Positions 15,141 to 24,692 of a DNA stretch of 61,340 nt are shown here, in pieces. This DNA is from an uncultured Gammaproteobacteria bacterium. Its GTDB lineage: Bacteria; Patescibacteriota; Patescibacteriia; SG8-24. The notes under the pieces are model-generated. The model did not search any database, was not told the DNA's origin, and saw nothing but the letters and a program-made list of their open reading frames with translations. The stretch spans positions 82,909-144,248 of the forward strand of contig CAYOXM010000001.1 of NCBI GenBank assembly GCA_964407925.1. The letters run 5' to 3'. The position numbers and the translations under genes are program-made. Position 1 is the stretch's first letter; every line of letters begins with the position of its first letter.

Positions 15141-15806
15141 ATGAGAATACGACTAGGGGGCCGGCGGCGGTCCTCCGTAACGACGGCCAAGCCAATCACT
15201 CCCGGAGCTCGCATCGTTATCGGGATTTTCGGCGCACTCATGCTTCTCGGCTCCATTTTCTATGCCATCAAACAATGGAAACTGGTGAGCGGCGGTCTCC
15301 ATGGTCAGGGTACGGTCATCGACATTGCGGAGAAGGAGGGCGGGCAGGACGACAGCACGGTGTACGCGGCCGTCGTCAAATTCACGGCCGAAGACGGCAA
15401 TGAGTACACCTTCACCTCCGGGATGAGCAGCAGCATTGCGCCGCGAATCGGGTCGACAAGGAAGATCGTCTATGACCGGTCGAATCCGGCGAAGGCCGAG
15501 GTCGATTCGTTCTTCGTCCTGTGGTTCGGCCCCTTCCTCCTCGCGTTCATGGGAATCGCTTTTACCTTCACCGGCCTCGTGGCAAAACCGCCGAGGCCGA
15601 GCGTTACGGCCGACCCGTCGCCGGGCACGGCCGCCTCATCGGGGGCGACGACTGCGGCTTCCGGCAGCATGGCGCCCGCCCTGCCGCCAGCACTCGTGAA
15701 CAGGGCGTTCACGGCCCTGTCGCAAGGACAGGACAAGCAGACGATCAAGCAGATACTGATTGCGGAGGGTTGGAATCCCAACGATGTCGACCGCGTGCTC
15801 GAATGA
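15141..15806 (+). CDS. DUF3592-domain membrane protein with short C-terminal helical domain
   Basis: TM, GTVIDI...AVVKFTAEDGNEYTF...IVYDRSNPAKAEV, TM; tail ALSQGQDKQTIKQILIAEGW. Confidence 0.8.
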   Translation: MRIRLGGRRRSSVTTAKPITPGARIVIGIFGALMLLGSIFYAIKQWKLVSGGLHGQGTVIDIAEKEGGQDDSTVYAAVVKFTAEDGNEYTFTSGMSSSIAPRIGSTRKIVYDRSNPAKAEVDSFFVLWFGPFLLAFMGIAFTFTGLVAKPPRPSVTADPSPGTAASSGATTAASGSMAPALPPALVNRAFTALSQGQDKQTIKQILIAEGWNPNDVDRVLE

Positions 15807-15894
15807 ACGGACGAGCACATGACGCATGCGCGATGCCCGTCATTTTGAAGGGTTTTGTCATGCCGTCGGCACGCGGGCGTGATGTCCGTAAATG

Positions 15895-15923
15895 TTGACA
15901 AAATGGCTAAAATATGCTATGAT
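15895..15923 (+). promoter_or_regulatory. Sigma70 promoter TTGACA-17-TATGAT
   Basis: Near-consensus, extended -10 TG. Confidence 0.75.
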
Positions 15924-15954
15924 TCAACCCGAGTACTTGTAACATTGCCGACCT

Positions 15955-16827
15955 ATGCGTTCCATGGAATCTTCGCGCCACGCGTCGCCCCAAAACGACG
16001 GCGGAGGCAAGGAATCCAAGCCGAAATTCGACTTGGAGGAGGTGTCCCAGGACATCACGCCCGAATTGCCGGGCGCGGAGGATGTGGATGCCGCGTTCGA
16101 GAATATGACGACCGGCGCGCTCGAACAGGAGCCTGCACGCAAGGACATTCCCCTTTCCGAGCAAATCGGGCCGATCGCGCGGGAAGAGCACGGACGAAAG
16201 CTGAGCGTGAACGAAGTCGCGAACAACGAGGCGCTCCGCGCCATTGATGCCCTTTCGCGATCGGCCGGTGCGAAAGAGCTGACCACGTTCAGGGAAGATT
16301 TCCTTGAAAAACTGCGTGCAGAACAGCCCGAAGCCGACGAGCAGGCCGCCCTGCGGCAGCTCGCGGCCGACCTCCGCCAGTACTACAGTCTCAACATCGA
16401 CCTCGAAAAGAAGGAGCTCGCCGCCGACATCCTCGCCCTCCGGCAGGAACTCGGCGTGGACGACATGGAATCGAACGCGGGAAAGGAACTGCTCGCCAAA
16501 ATCGAAGGCGGCGAGATCACCGACGTCGTCGAGGCGATGAACGCGTACCAGCAGGCGTTCGAGGACGCGAAAAAGGAAGGTTACCTGTCGACCGAGGTGC
16601 AAAAGCAGTTTGAAAAAATCCACAAAGCCATCGCCGAACTCGAAGCGGGAGGACGCACGCAGGGCGCCGCGGCCGAGCTCGCGAACATCGAGGAGTCGGA
16701 AGTGGACGACCTGTTCGGCGGCCTCGAAGCCGGCACGGAAAAGAAGCCTGAAACCGGCCTCGAGGACGTGACGGACAAGGACGTCGACGACCTGTTCGAC
16801 AACATCCAGAAGACCGGAACGGAATGA
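15955..16827 (+). CDS. Acidic helical hypothetical protein
   Basis: 290-aa Glu/Asp-rich ORF with its own promoter and terminator; VDDLF motif occurs twice near the C-terminus. Confidence 0.75.
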   Translation: MRSMESSRHASPQNDGGGKESKPKFDLEEVSQDITPELPGAEDVDAAFENMTTGALEQEPARKDIPLSEQIGPIAREEHGRKLSVNEVANNEALRAIDALSRSAGAKELTTFREDFLEKLRAEQPEADEQAALRQLAADLRQYYSLNIDLEKKELAADILALRQELGVDDMESNAGKELLAKIEGGEITDVVEAMNAYQQAFEDAKKEGYLSTEVQKQFEKIHKAIAELEAGGRTQGAAAELANIEESEVDDLFGGLEAGTEKKPETGLEDVTDKDVDDLFDNIQKTGTE

Positions 16828-16835
16828 TTCCGTTG

Positions 16836-16869
16836 AAACGAAAAACCGCCCTCGGGCGGTTTTTCGTTT
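16836..16869. terminator. Bidirectional terminator
   Basis: AAACGAAAAACCGCCC-TC-GGGCGGTTTTTCGTTT, a perfect inverted repeat. Confidence 0.85.
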
Positions 16870-16882
16870 GCGCGAGAATCGC

Positions 16883-18322
16883 TTACGGCACCATCCGAAT
16901 CTCGACGAGGTTCGCCGCGCCGGCGCCGGCGGGATCGACCGCCACGACGACGACCTTGTCGCCGGCCTTCACGAGCCCTTCTTTCTTGAGAAACTCCCCG
17001 CCCTTCTGCAGGAGCTCATCGATGGATTTGCACTCGGGGAGGAGGAACGGAATGACGCCCCAGGACAAGTTGAGCTGGTTGCGCGTCCGTTCAGAGGTCG
17101 TCGCGACGGCAATGGGGAGCTGCGGGCGGTGGCGGCTGACGATGCGGCCGAGATCGCCGTTCCCCGACAGCGCGAGGATGAGCTTGGCATCGACGTCCTT
17201 CGCCATGATGGCGGCAGCCTCGGCCATGACCGCCTCGTCGCTCTTCCCCGCCTGCATGTGCGCATGCGGTTCGATGTCGTCGCGTCCCGAAGCCTCCGTT
17301 TCCTGGACGATGCGCGCCATCGTCTCGACGGCCTCGAGCGGGAACTTACCGCTCGCCGACTCCCCTGAGAGCATCACGGCGTCGGTATGATCGATGACCG
17401 CGTTCGCGACGTCTGACACTTCGGCGCGCGTCGGCCGGGGGTTCCTGATCATCGAATCGAGCATCTGGGTGGCGACGATGACCGGTTTCGCGGCAGCGAG
17501 GCACTTCTCGATGAGCGTCTTCTGGGCGAGCGGCACCTCCTCGGCCGGCGTCTCGATGCCGAGGTCGCCGCGCGCGACCATGATGGCGTCGACCGCGGCG
17601 ACGATCTCATCCATGTTCCTGATCGCCTCGTGCTTCTCGATTTTCGCGATGACCCTGAGCGGGCGTTCCGGCGTGATGCCGAGCTCCTTCTCGTACGCGG
17701 CGATAAGCGCGCGGAGGTCGTTGATGTCGTTCGCGGAGCGCACGAAAGAGAGCGCGACCCAGTCGACGCCCTGACCCACGCCGAACTTCAGGTCCTCCTT
17801 GTCCTTGTCGGTGATGGCGGGGACGGAAAGCGATGCCGTCGGCAAGTTAAAGCCCTTGTGCGAGGTGAGCGGACCGCCGTTCACGACTTCGGTCACGATG
17901 TCGCGGCCGCGGATTTCCTTTACCTTCACCTCGAGCAGTCCGTCGTCGAGCAGGATGCTGTCGCCAGCCTTCAGGTCCTCGTGCAGGCGTTCGTGGGACA
18001 CGGTGATGCGCGGAAGCGCGGCACCCGGCTCGGTCGTGAACACGGCGTCCTCGCCCTTCATGAGCATGACGCCCTCCTTGGGGAGGTCGCCGACGCGGAT
18101 CTTTGGTCCCTGAAGGTCCTGGAGCAACGCCACGGGCTCCCCGATACGTCCAGCGACCTCGCGGATAGTCTTGATGAGCTTGGCGTGGTCGTCATGCGTA
18201 CCGTGGGAGAAATTGAGGCGTGCCACGTTCATGCCCGCCAAGAGCATCTTTTCGAGCATGTCCGGCTCATGGGACGCCGGACCGATGGTGCAGACGATCT
18301 TCGTTCGCTTGGCGTTCCTCAT
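16883..18322 (-). CDS. pyk: Pyruvate kinase
   Basis: TKIVCTIGPAS, ARLNFSHG, DLQGPKIR, IAKIEK, MVARGDLG, ATQMLDSM, PTRAEVSDVANA and MLSGESA. Confidence 0.98.
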   Translation of the reverse strand: MRNAKRTKIVCTIGPASHEPDMLEKMLLAGMNVARLNFSHGTHDDHAKLIKTIREVAGRIGEPVALLQDLQGPKIRVGDLPKEGVMLMKGEDAVFTTEPGAALPRITVSHERLHEDLKAGDSILLDDGLLEVKVKEIRGRDIVTEVVNGGPLTSHKGFNLPTASLSVPAITDKDKEDLKFGVGQGVDWVALSFVRSANDINDLRALIAAYEKELGITPERPLRVIAKIEKHEAIRNMDEIVAAVDAIMVARGDLGIETPAEEVPLAQKTLIEKCLAAAKPVIVATQMLDSMIRNPRPTRAEVSDVANAVIDHTDAVMLSGESASGKFPLEAVETMARIVQETEASGRDDIEPHAHMQAGKSDEAVMAEAAAIMAKDVDAKLILALSGNGDLGRIVSRHRPQLPIAVATTSERTRNQLNLSWGVIPFLLPECKSIDELLQKGGEFLKKEGLVKAGDKVVVVAVDPAGAGAANLVEIRMVP

Positions 18323-18379
18323 AGGGCGTAAGAAATGCCGGCCCTGTGGGCGCGGCGTTCGTGGTCTTATTCGACCTTA

Positions 18380-18408
18380 ATTATAGCAAAAAACGCGGCT
18401 CTTGTGAA
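18380..18408 (-). promoter_or_regulatory. Sigma70 promoter TTCACA-17-TATAAT for pyk
   Basis: Consensus -10 with TG extension; 17-nt spacer. Confidence 0.65.
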
Positions 18409-18449
18409 CCGCGTTTTACATCTCCCCTTATTTCGCGCGCTCCTCTTTT

Positions 18450-18944
18450 TTAACGCGCAATGACCTTTCTCAACGCCTTGCGACCGCCCTCTTCCTTCGC
18501 GATCAGCTTGTCGAGCTCCGCCTGGAAGGTTTTCACGTCCGCGAACGAACGGTAGACCGAGGCGAACCGGATATAGGCGACCGTATCGAAGGCGCGCAAG
18601 TGTGCCATGACAATTTCGCCAACCTCCTCGCTCGTGATTTCGTCTTTCTTTCGCTTCTGGATGTCGCGCTCGATGCCGCCGACGAGCGTCTTGAGGTCGT
18701 CCTTCGAGCACGGACGCTTCTCGAGCGCGCGCCTCAGGCCCGCCTCGAGCTTTTCGCGCAGATACGGCTCGCGGCGGCCGTTGCGCTTCACGACCGTCAG
18801 GTCGAGGATTTCCACCTCCTCGACGGTGGAAAAACGGTATTCGCATTCCATGCACTCGCGGCGGCGACGGATGCCCAAACCCTCGGAGGTGATCCGCGAG
18901 TCGACGACCTTCGAATCTTCGTGATTGCAGACGGGACAGCGCAT
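18450..18944 (-). CDS. nrdR: Transcriptional repressor NrdR
   Basis: MRCPVC...KVVDSR...IRRRRECMECEYRFSTVE, ATP cone, VAYIRFASVYRSF. Confidence 0.97.
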   Translation of the reverse strand: MRCPVCNHEDSKVVDSRITSEGLGIRRRRECMECEYRFSTVEEVEILDLTVVKRNGRREPYLREKLEAGLRRALEKRPCSKDDLKTLVGGIERDIQKRKKDEITSEEVGEIVMAHLRAFDTVAYIRFASVYRSFADVKTFQAELDKLIAKEEGGRKALRKVIAR

Positions 18945-18950
18945 CCGAGT

Positions 18951-18985
18951 GAGGTTAGAGCTTAAAGCGTCAGAGCTTAGAGCTC
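18951..18985. repeat. Heptamer-period tract
   Basis: GAGGTTA GAGCTTA AAGCGTCA GAGCTTA GAGCTCG, between ftsZ and nrdR. Confidence 0.55.
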
Positions 18986-18999
18986 GCGGGGCGTGCCGC

Positions 19000-20343
19000 C
19001 TACATCATCTTCCTGCGGATGAACGCGGGAATTTCGAGATCCTCTTCCTGGCTGGCCGCGGCGGCAGGGGCCGCTTCGGCATGAACGACTTCCTTGACCG
19101 GAAGGACGCGCTTCACGAACGGCGCGGGGGCGGCTGCCGGTTCCTCGATGACGTCGAGGACCGGAGCGGCCTGCTGCGGCCGCGGCTCGGGCTGACGCGC
19201 GGGCTCCTGGTGCAGGATGTCCCTCGCCGGAGCCGGGGCCGGCTGTTCGACGCGGCGATCGGGAAACGGCCGGACGCTCGCGGTCGGTGCGGGGGCAGGA
19301 GCGGGGGCGGCCTCCTTGCGCACGAAGCGGTTCGGGGTGAAATACCCCGCATCGGCGACGCGACGGTCGCTCCCGGCGGAAGGACGGGTCTCCCCGTCGA
19401 AACCGGTCGCGATGACGCAAACCTTGAGCTCATCCTTGAGTGCCTCGTCGATGACCGTGCCGAAGATGACCTTGGCTGAAGGGTCGGCGCTCTGGGTGAT
19501 GACCTTGGCCGCCTCGGAAACCTCGTACATGGAGAGGCTCGGACCGCCGGTGATGGTAAAGAGAATGCCCTTAGCGCCCTCGATGGACACCTCGAGGAGC
19601 GGGCTCGAAATGGCGGCCTTCGCTGCCTCGACCGCGCGGTTCTCGCCGGTGCCGCGGCCGATGCCCATGAGGGCGGAGCCGGTATCGTTCATGATGGCGC
19701 GGACGTCCGCGAAGTCGACGTTGATGAGGCCGGGGACGGTGATGACTTCGGAAATGCCCTGCACGCCCTGACGGAGCACGTCGTCGACGGTCTCGAACGC
19801 GTCAAGAAGCGAGGTCTTCTTGTCGATGACCTGCAGCACGCGGTCGTTCGGAATTGAGATGATGGTGTCGACGTGCGCGGCAAGGTCGGCGTACGCCTTC
19901 TCCGCGATATCACGGCGCTGGGCGCCCTCGAAACTGAACGGCTTCGTGACGACCGCGACAGTGAGCGCGCCGCAATCCTTGGCGATCTCCGCGATGACGG
20001 GCGACGCGCCGGAACCGGTGCCGCCGCCGAGGCCGCAGGTGATGAACACCATGTCCGCGCCCTTGAGCGCGTCGCGCAGCTCGTTCTGGCTCTCCTCCGC
20101 CGCGCCGCGACCGACTTCGGGATTCATGCCGGCACCGAGGCCGCGCGTGACGCTCTTGCCGAGATGGATCTTCGTGGGCGCCTGCGAGTAGTGCAGCGCC
20201 TGCACGTCGGTGTTCGCGGCGATGAACTCCACGCCCTTGATCTTCGACTTGATCATCCGGTTGACTGCCGAACCGCCGGAGCCGCCGGCACCGATGACTT
20301 TGATCTTCGCGAACGTCTCGATCGCGGGGCGCACTTCTGGCAT
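19000..20343 (-). CDS. ftsZ: Cell division protein FtsZ
   Basis: [39 protein letters not shown]; C-terminal [10 protein letters not shown]. Start ATG 20343. Confidence 0.98.
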   Translation of the reverse strand: MPEVRPAIETFAKIKVIGAGGSGGSAVNRMIKSKIKGVEFIAANTDVQALHYSQAPTKIHLGKSVTRGLGAGMNPEVGRGAAEESQNELRDALKGADMVFITCGLGGGTGSGASPVIAEIAKDCGALTVAVVTKPFSFEGAQRRDIAEKAYADLAAHVDTIISIPNDRVLQVIDKKTSLLDAFETVDDVLRQGVQGISEVITVPGLINVDFADVRAIMNDTGSALMGIGRGTGENRAVEAAKAAISSPLLEVSIEGAKGILFTITGGPSLSMYEVSEAAKVITQSADPSAKVIFGTVIDEALKDELKVCVIATGFDGETRPSAGSDRRVADAGYFTPNRFVRKEAAPAPAPAPTASVRPFPDRRVEQPAPAPARDILHQEPARQPEPRPQQAAPVLDVIEEPAAAPAPFVKRVLPVKEVVHAEAAPAAAASQEEDLEIPAFIRRKMM

Positions 20344-20483
20344 AGGAGTGGGATGACGGATTTCTCGAGATGATATCCCATGCGCAGTCGCGCCGGGATG
20401 CTTACTGCAAGGATACAGAAGAGCGATAAGGCGCGTCAAGAAAAAATGGCTCTACTGAACAAAAAAAATACTCACTCGGTTGG

Positions 20484-20570
20484 AAGGTTCAAAGCTTAGA
20501 GCTTCAAAGCGCTGGAGCGAAAAAAAACCGGCTCATGCCGGCTTTCAACCTTTTAACCTCTCAACCTTGC
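20484..20570. repeat. Heptamer-period tracts in inverted arrangement
   Basis: AAGGTTC AAAGCTT AGAGCTT CAAAGCG facing TTCAACC TTTTAACC TCTCAACC TT, between ftsA and ftsZ. Confidence 0.6.
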
Positions 20571-20571
20571 C

Positions 20572-21843
20572 TTAGGGAACCATCGCGCCGAACCACTTCT
20601 TGAAAGTGGCAGTCACCTTCTCGACCGGTTTCGCGCCCGCGAACATGCGCATGCCCTTGCCGCGCTTCACCTGGTCGGGCGTCTCGTTGATGCCCCACTG
20701 CACGAGGCCGATGGCGGTCGTGAACGAAAGGTCGTTCACGCGATCGGTAATGCTCGTGATGCCGATCGGCGTGCCGAGGGCGACCGGGAGGCGGAGCTTC
20801 TGCTTCGCGAGCTCCACGAGGCCGGGGATCTTCGAGCCGCCGCCGGTGAGCACGATGCCCGCGGGCAGGAGTCCGTTGCGACCGACTTTCTTCAATTCCT
20901 TGTCGACCTTCTCGAGAATCTCCTCGAGCCGCGCCTGCACGATCTGCGACACGAAACGTCGCGAGACGAGTTCGTCCTGATCGGCGCCGAGCTCGCGCAG
21001 GTTGACCTCCTCGGCACGGTCGACGTCTTTCGCGACCGCGTTCGCGTACTGGAGCTTCACGCGCTCGGCGACGTCGATCGAGGTACGCAGCCCGATGGCG
21101 ACGTCGGAGGTGACGTGTTCCGAACCGACGGGAAGCGCGGCCATGTGCAGGATGTCGCCCTGCTCGAACACGACGACGTTGGTCGTCGCGCCGCCCACGT
21201 TCACGACGGCGACGCCGAGCTCCTTCTGGCGGTCTGTCGCGACCACTTCGGCCGCGGCGAGCACGCCGACGACGAGCCGTTCGATGTTGACGCCCGTGCG
21301 GTAGACGCACTTGGTGAGATTCTTGATGTGCGCCGACTGGCCTTGCACGATCTGCGCGTCGACTTCGAGGCGGATGCCGTTCATGCCGACCGGATCCTTG
21401 ATGCCCGGCTGGCCGTCGACGATGAAGGACTTGGGAATCACGTGAACGATCTCGAAATTGACCGGGGTCGCGACCGTCTGCGCCGCGTCGACCGCCCTTT
21501 CGACGTCATCTTCGCGGATTTCGCCGTCGGCGCGTGATACGGCGACGACGCCTTTGCTCTCGAGCATGCCGACGTTCGATCCGGAAATGGCGACCCAGGC
21601 GCTCCCGACAGGCGCGCCGGTCATCCGCTCGACTTTTTCGATGCACGAAGACACCGAGGATACCGCATCCTCGATGGAGTTGATCGCCCCGCGATGAATC
21701 CCTTCCGAGGGGACCTCCGCGGCGCCGATGATATGCACCTGCTCCTTGTCGCCCACCGGGAGCTTCTGACCGACCGCGATTCGGACCGCGGTGGAACCGA
21801 TGTCGATGCCGGCGAACAACATGTCTTCAGCCATGCGGGCCAT
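20572..21843 (-). CDS. ftsA: Cell division protein FtsA
   Basis: GIDIGSTAVRIAVG, GIHRGAINSIE, VNVGGATTNV, GSEHVTSDVAIGLRT and GIVLTGGGSKIPG. Start may be 21834. Confidence 0.97.
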   Translation of the reverse strand: MARMAEDMLFAGIDIGSTAVRIAVGQKLPVGDKEQVHIIGAAEVPSEGIHRGAINSIEDAVSSVSSCIEKVERMTGAPVGSAWVAISGSNVGMLESKGVVAVSRADGEIREDDVERAVDAAQTVATPVNFEIVHVIPKSFIVDGQPGIKDPVGMNGIRLEVDAQIVQGQSAHIKNLTKCVYRTGVNIERLVVGVLAAAEVVATDRQKELGVAVVNVGGATTNVVVFEQGDILHMAALPVGSEHVTSDVAIGLRTSIDVAERVKLQYANAVAKDVDRAEEVNLRELGADQDELVSRRFVSQIVQARLEEILEKVDKELKKVGRNGLLPAGIVLTGGGSKIPGLVELAKQKLRLPVALGTPIGITSITDRVNDLSFTTAIGLVQWGINETPDQVKRGKGMRMFAGAKPVEKVTATFKKWFGAMVP

Positions 21844-21861
21844 ACCTATGCTGGGCGGTTA

Positions 21862-22233
21862 CTATGCTTCGAACAGTTTGACGACGTACGGCCAAAAAAT
21901 CAAGACGCCGATCAGGAACGCGCCGACCGAAGCCACGAGCACCGTACCGGCCATGATGTCCTTGATGTCCTCGACGTAATGGTGGATGCGCGGCTTGAGG
22001 ATGTCGACCATCCGCTCGAAGATGCTGTTGACCAATTCTAGCACGAGAACAAGCACAATCGCAAGCGTAAGCAAGGCCTTTTCCGGGGTCCGCAGGCCGA
22101 GGAGGAACATCAGCGCGACGACCGCCGCGGCGAGGCCAAGTTGGATGCGGAAATTAGGCTCCTCACGGGCGACCGTGACGATGCCCTTGGCCGCGTACCG
22201 AAAGCTTTTTCCGAGACGAGCGAGCTCGTTCAT
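21862..22233 (-). CDS. dgkA: Prokaryotic diacylglycerol/undecaprenol kinase family protein
   Basis: SFRYAAKGI...EPNFRIQ, ELVNSIFERMVD and IKDIMAGTVL. ATG 22233 within the 21862..22770 track ORF. Confidence 0.88.
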   Translation of the reverse strand: MNELARLGKSFRYAAKGIVTVAREEPNFRIQLGLAAAVVALMFLLGLRTPEKALLTLAIVLVLVLELVNSIFERMVDILKPRIHHYVEDIKDIMAGTVLVASVGAFLIGVLIFWPYVVKLFEA

Positions 22234-22244
22234 AGGGTTGAGCG

Positions 22245-22712
22245 CTAGAGGATGCCGGCGCGGATGAGAATGTCGTGCTGGAGCGCGAACATCGCCCTTT
22301 CCTGACGTAAGGTCTCGTGATCGTGCCCGAGGAGGTGCAGGACCCCGTGGACGACCATGAGGGCGAATTCCTCCCGTACGGTCCGGCCGATGCGCTTCGC
22401 CTGGCGGCGGACTTGGGGCAGGCTCACGAAGAGGTCCCCGATGTCGTTTGCGGCCTTTTCCTTGTCGGGCAGGACGAACCCGCGCCGCTCCTTCAGGCCG
22501 AAGGAAAGCACGTCCGTCGTGCGGTCTTTTCCGCGCCACTGGCGGTTCAGGGAACGCATCTTGGCATCGCCAACGACCGAAAGCGACATGGATGCCCCTC
22601 CCCTCCCTCCGCCCCGCGCATATGCGAGCGTGGCAAGCCGTCCAAGCTCGGCCTTGCCGACGCCGGCAGGGAGCCGCCCTTCGAACGTGATGGACACCAT
22701 ATGGTTCATCAT
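22245..22712 (-). CDS. ybeY: rRNA maturation RNase YbeY
   Basis: LNRQWRGKDRTTDVLSF, IGDLFVS and VHGVLHLLGHDH. Confidence 0.95.
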   Translation of the reverse strand: MMNHMVSITFEGRLPAGVGKAELGRLATLAYARGGGRGGASMSLSVVGDAKMRSLNRQWRGKDRTTDVLSFGLKERRGFVLPDKEKAANDIGDLFVSLPQVRRQAKRIGRTVREEFALMVVHGVLHLLGHDHETLRQERAMFALQHDILIRAGIL

Positions 22713-22789
22713 AGCCCAGGGATGACGGTTTGAAAACAAAGGAGGCTGTCCACATTGGAACAGCCTCCATTGCGTGTTTCCGTCAACGA

Positions 22790-23920
22790 TCAGTTTGCCT
22801 TGAGGCTCATGATCATCATCTGGAACGTGACTTTATACTGTATTTGGAGCTGTTTGCCGAGGTTATACGTGACGACGGCCACCTTGTCGCCACCGAGCGA
22901 GACGTACGCCGTAAACCGGTCAGGACTCAGGATAGCCTCGTATCCCTGCCGCGTCGGGTACGGCTCGACCTGCGAGCTCGTGACGCCTGGGGCCGAAGCA
23001 AGGAACCAGTCCATGAGGCTCTGCCCCGGAGCCTTCTCTTCCATGAGCACCTGGATGGATTCGCCAGTCGGCGCCTCGAAGTAGATTTCCTTCTTCTCGG
23101 CGTCGCCTTCGCGCACGTTCCACGACGCGGGCTGGAGGACGGCGTACTTCTGCGTCGCGTTCGTGTAGGTGGCGATCTTCGGATTGTCCTTGAGCGCGGA
23201 CGGCGCGGGTGTCGCGGGATCGTAGAGGTTCAACGCCTCGTTGAGATCGACGTACACGTCCTTGTCGGTATTGGGATCGTCGATCTTCGTCCCGAACACC
23301 TGCTGTTCCTCCTGGTCGGTCAGGCCGTCGCTGTCGGAATCGAGTCCCGGCGTCGGTTCCGGCGGCTTGCAATCAGCAACGCATGATTCGATCGTTTCGG
23401 TCGGCGCCTCGCACTTGTTGTCGCCGCAGACGGGCGGCGGCGGGCCGCAGTCGGCAGAACAGTTCTGCGGGGTCTCCTTCGGGCTCTCGCACCGGTCATC
23501 GCCGCAGACGGGCGGCGGCGGGCCGCAGTCGGATGCGCAGCTCGTCGCCGTTTCCTGCGGCGCCTCGCACTTGTTGTCGCCGCAGACGGGCGCGGGAGGC
23601 GCGGTGTTGACCGCGACCACGACGGGTTTCTTTTTCGGTACGAGGAAAAACGCCGCCGCGCCGCCGCCTCCGAGAAGGACGAGCGCGATGATGACGATGA
23701 GGAGGACCGGCTTCTTCTTTTTCTGCTGGCCGGGCGGAACCGCGCCGGGGGCCGGCGGCGGGCCTGCAGGAGTGACGCCCGTCTGAATGGGCATCTCCCG
23801 AACCCGCTTCTTGAGCGCGGCACCGTAAAACTTATCCGGTATGACGTGAATCACCGGCTCGTCTGCCGACGGCTGCTGCGTACCGGCTGGTTTTTCGAGT
23901 TCGTTCGGCGGAGTCGCCAT
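22790..23920 (-). CDS. Type II membrane protein: three Cys-rich repeats, TSP3-like Ca-binding loops, PsbP-like C-terminal domain
   Basis: TM VLLIVIIALVLLGGGGAAAFFLV; 3x PPVCGDxxCExPxETxxxCxxDC; DSDSDGLTDQEE and DTDKDVYVD-like loops; YTNATQKYAVLQPASW. Confidence 0.8.
   Translation of the reverse strand: MATPPNELEKPAGTQQPSADEPVIHVIPDKFYGAALKKRVREMPIQTGVTPAGPPPAPGAVPPGQQKKKKPVLLIVIIALVLLGGGGAAAFFLVPKKKPVVVAVNTAPPAPVCGDNKCEAPQETATSCASDCGPPPPVCGDDRCESPKETPQNCSADCGPPPPVCGDNKCEAPTETIESCVADCKPPEPTPGLDSDSDGLTDQEEQQVFGTKIDDPNTDKDVYVDLNEALNLYDPATPAPSALKDNPKIATYTNATQKYAVLQPASWNVREGDAEKKEIYFEAPTGESIQVLMEEKAPGQSLMDWFLASAPGVTSSQVEPYPTRQGYEAILSPDRFTAYVSLGGDKVAVVTYNLGKQLQIQYKVTFQMMIMSLKAN
23350..23600 (-). 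repeat. Three in-frame 78-bp tandem repeats (26-aa Cys-rich unit)
   Basis: Homologous GCAC..GT..TCGCCGCAGACGGGCG units start at 23411, 23489 and 23567 (period 78). Confidence 0.85.
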
Positions 23921-23952
23921 AACGTTTTCGCTGCGGGTGATTCAAGCGCCGC

Positions 23953-24576
23953 CTACGGCTGACCGGGGACGCCGAAGAGTTTGCCCGGACCCTTGGGATT
24001 GTATCCCCCTTTGACTTCGGCCCCGTCGAGGAAGGAGTCGCCGTCGGTGTCGGGATTCTTCGGGTCGGTCGCGTAAATGCGCACCTCGTCGCGGTCCGAC
24101 AACCCGTCGGCGTCGGTATCGTTCGCCTGAGGATTGGTTCCGAGCGTCGCTTCCTCGCTGTCCGTCAGGCCGTCACCGTCGTTATCGATCGGCTGAGCGA
24201 CGGGCTCGGGGGGCTGAACGGGCTCAGTGGGCTGCGGTGCGGGCGCAGGAGGTGCGACTGGCGGTTCGGGCGTCGGCGCAGGAGCGGGGGCAGGCTGAGC
24301 CGACGGCTGCGGTGCGGGGGCAGGAGCCGGTGCGGGCGCTGCGGCGTCGTTGGTATCGGGAACGACGGCAGGCGCTTCTTTCTTGCCGCCACGGGCGAAA
24401 AGGAAGTATCCGCCGCCGCCGAGGCCGAGGATGAAAACGATGATGATCAGCAAGAGGAGTTTGGACGGACCGCTGCGGGTCACCGGCTGCACGGGAGGAG
24501 TAATGACGCGCGTTTTGGGCGTGTCCTTATCCACGTCTGCAAAGATATCCACCGGCTCCTTTTTGTCGTCGAACAT
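23953..24576 (-). CDS. Membrane-anchored Pro-rich protein with TSP3-like DxDxDG repeats
   Basis: TM, PAPAP stalk, DNDGDGLTDSEE / DTDADGLSDRDE / DTDGDSFLDGAE. Confidence 0.85.
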   Translation of the reverse strand: MFDDKKEPVDIFADVDKDTPKTRVITPPVQPVTRSGPSKLLLLIIIVFILGLGGGGYFLFARGGKKEAPAVVPDTNDAAAPAPAPAPAPQPSAQPAPAPAPTPEPPVAPPAPAPQPTEPVQPPEPVAQPIDNDGDGLTDSEEATLGTNPQANDTDADGLSDRDEVRIYATDPKNPDTDGDSFLDGAEVKGGYNPKGPGKLFGVPGQP

Positions 24577-24692
24577 AAGGGGGAAGCGGTCGGTATTGAC
24601 TTTATTCAGTATAGCACGTTTTGACCCGCGCGCCTATCGCTCAGGAAGGGAAAAGGCCAGGCGTTGCCGCCCGGCCCCTTCGTCCGCGTCCA

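Noticed and set aside
14396-16827. Classical integrase-driven genomic island at tRNA-Asp
   Set aside because: No tyrosine or serine recombinase and no duplicated tRNA 3' att site bounding cargo genes; the duplications involve the 5' and central tRNA parts.
18323-19000. NrdR boxes or ribonucleotide reductase genes near nrdR
   Set aside because: No convincing acaCwAtATaTwGtgt motif and no nrd structural genes in the window.
19000-20439. N-terminal extensions in the ORF track for ftsZ, smpB, parA, parB, topA, rel, hisS, dgkA and ybeY
   Set aside because: Artefacts of choosing the most upstream start; conserved family N-termini and promoter positions support the shorter starts given.
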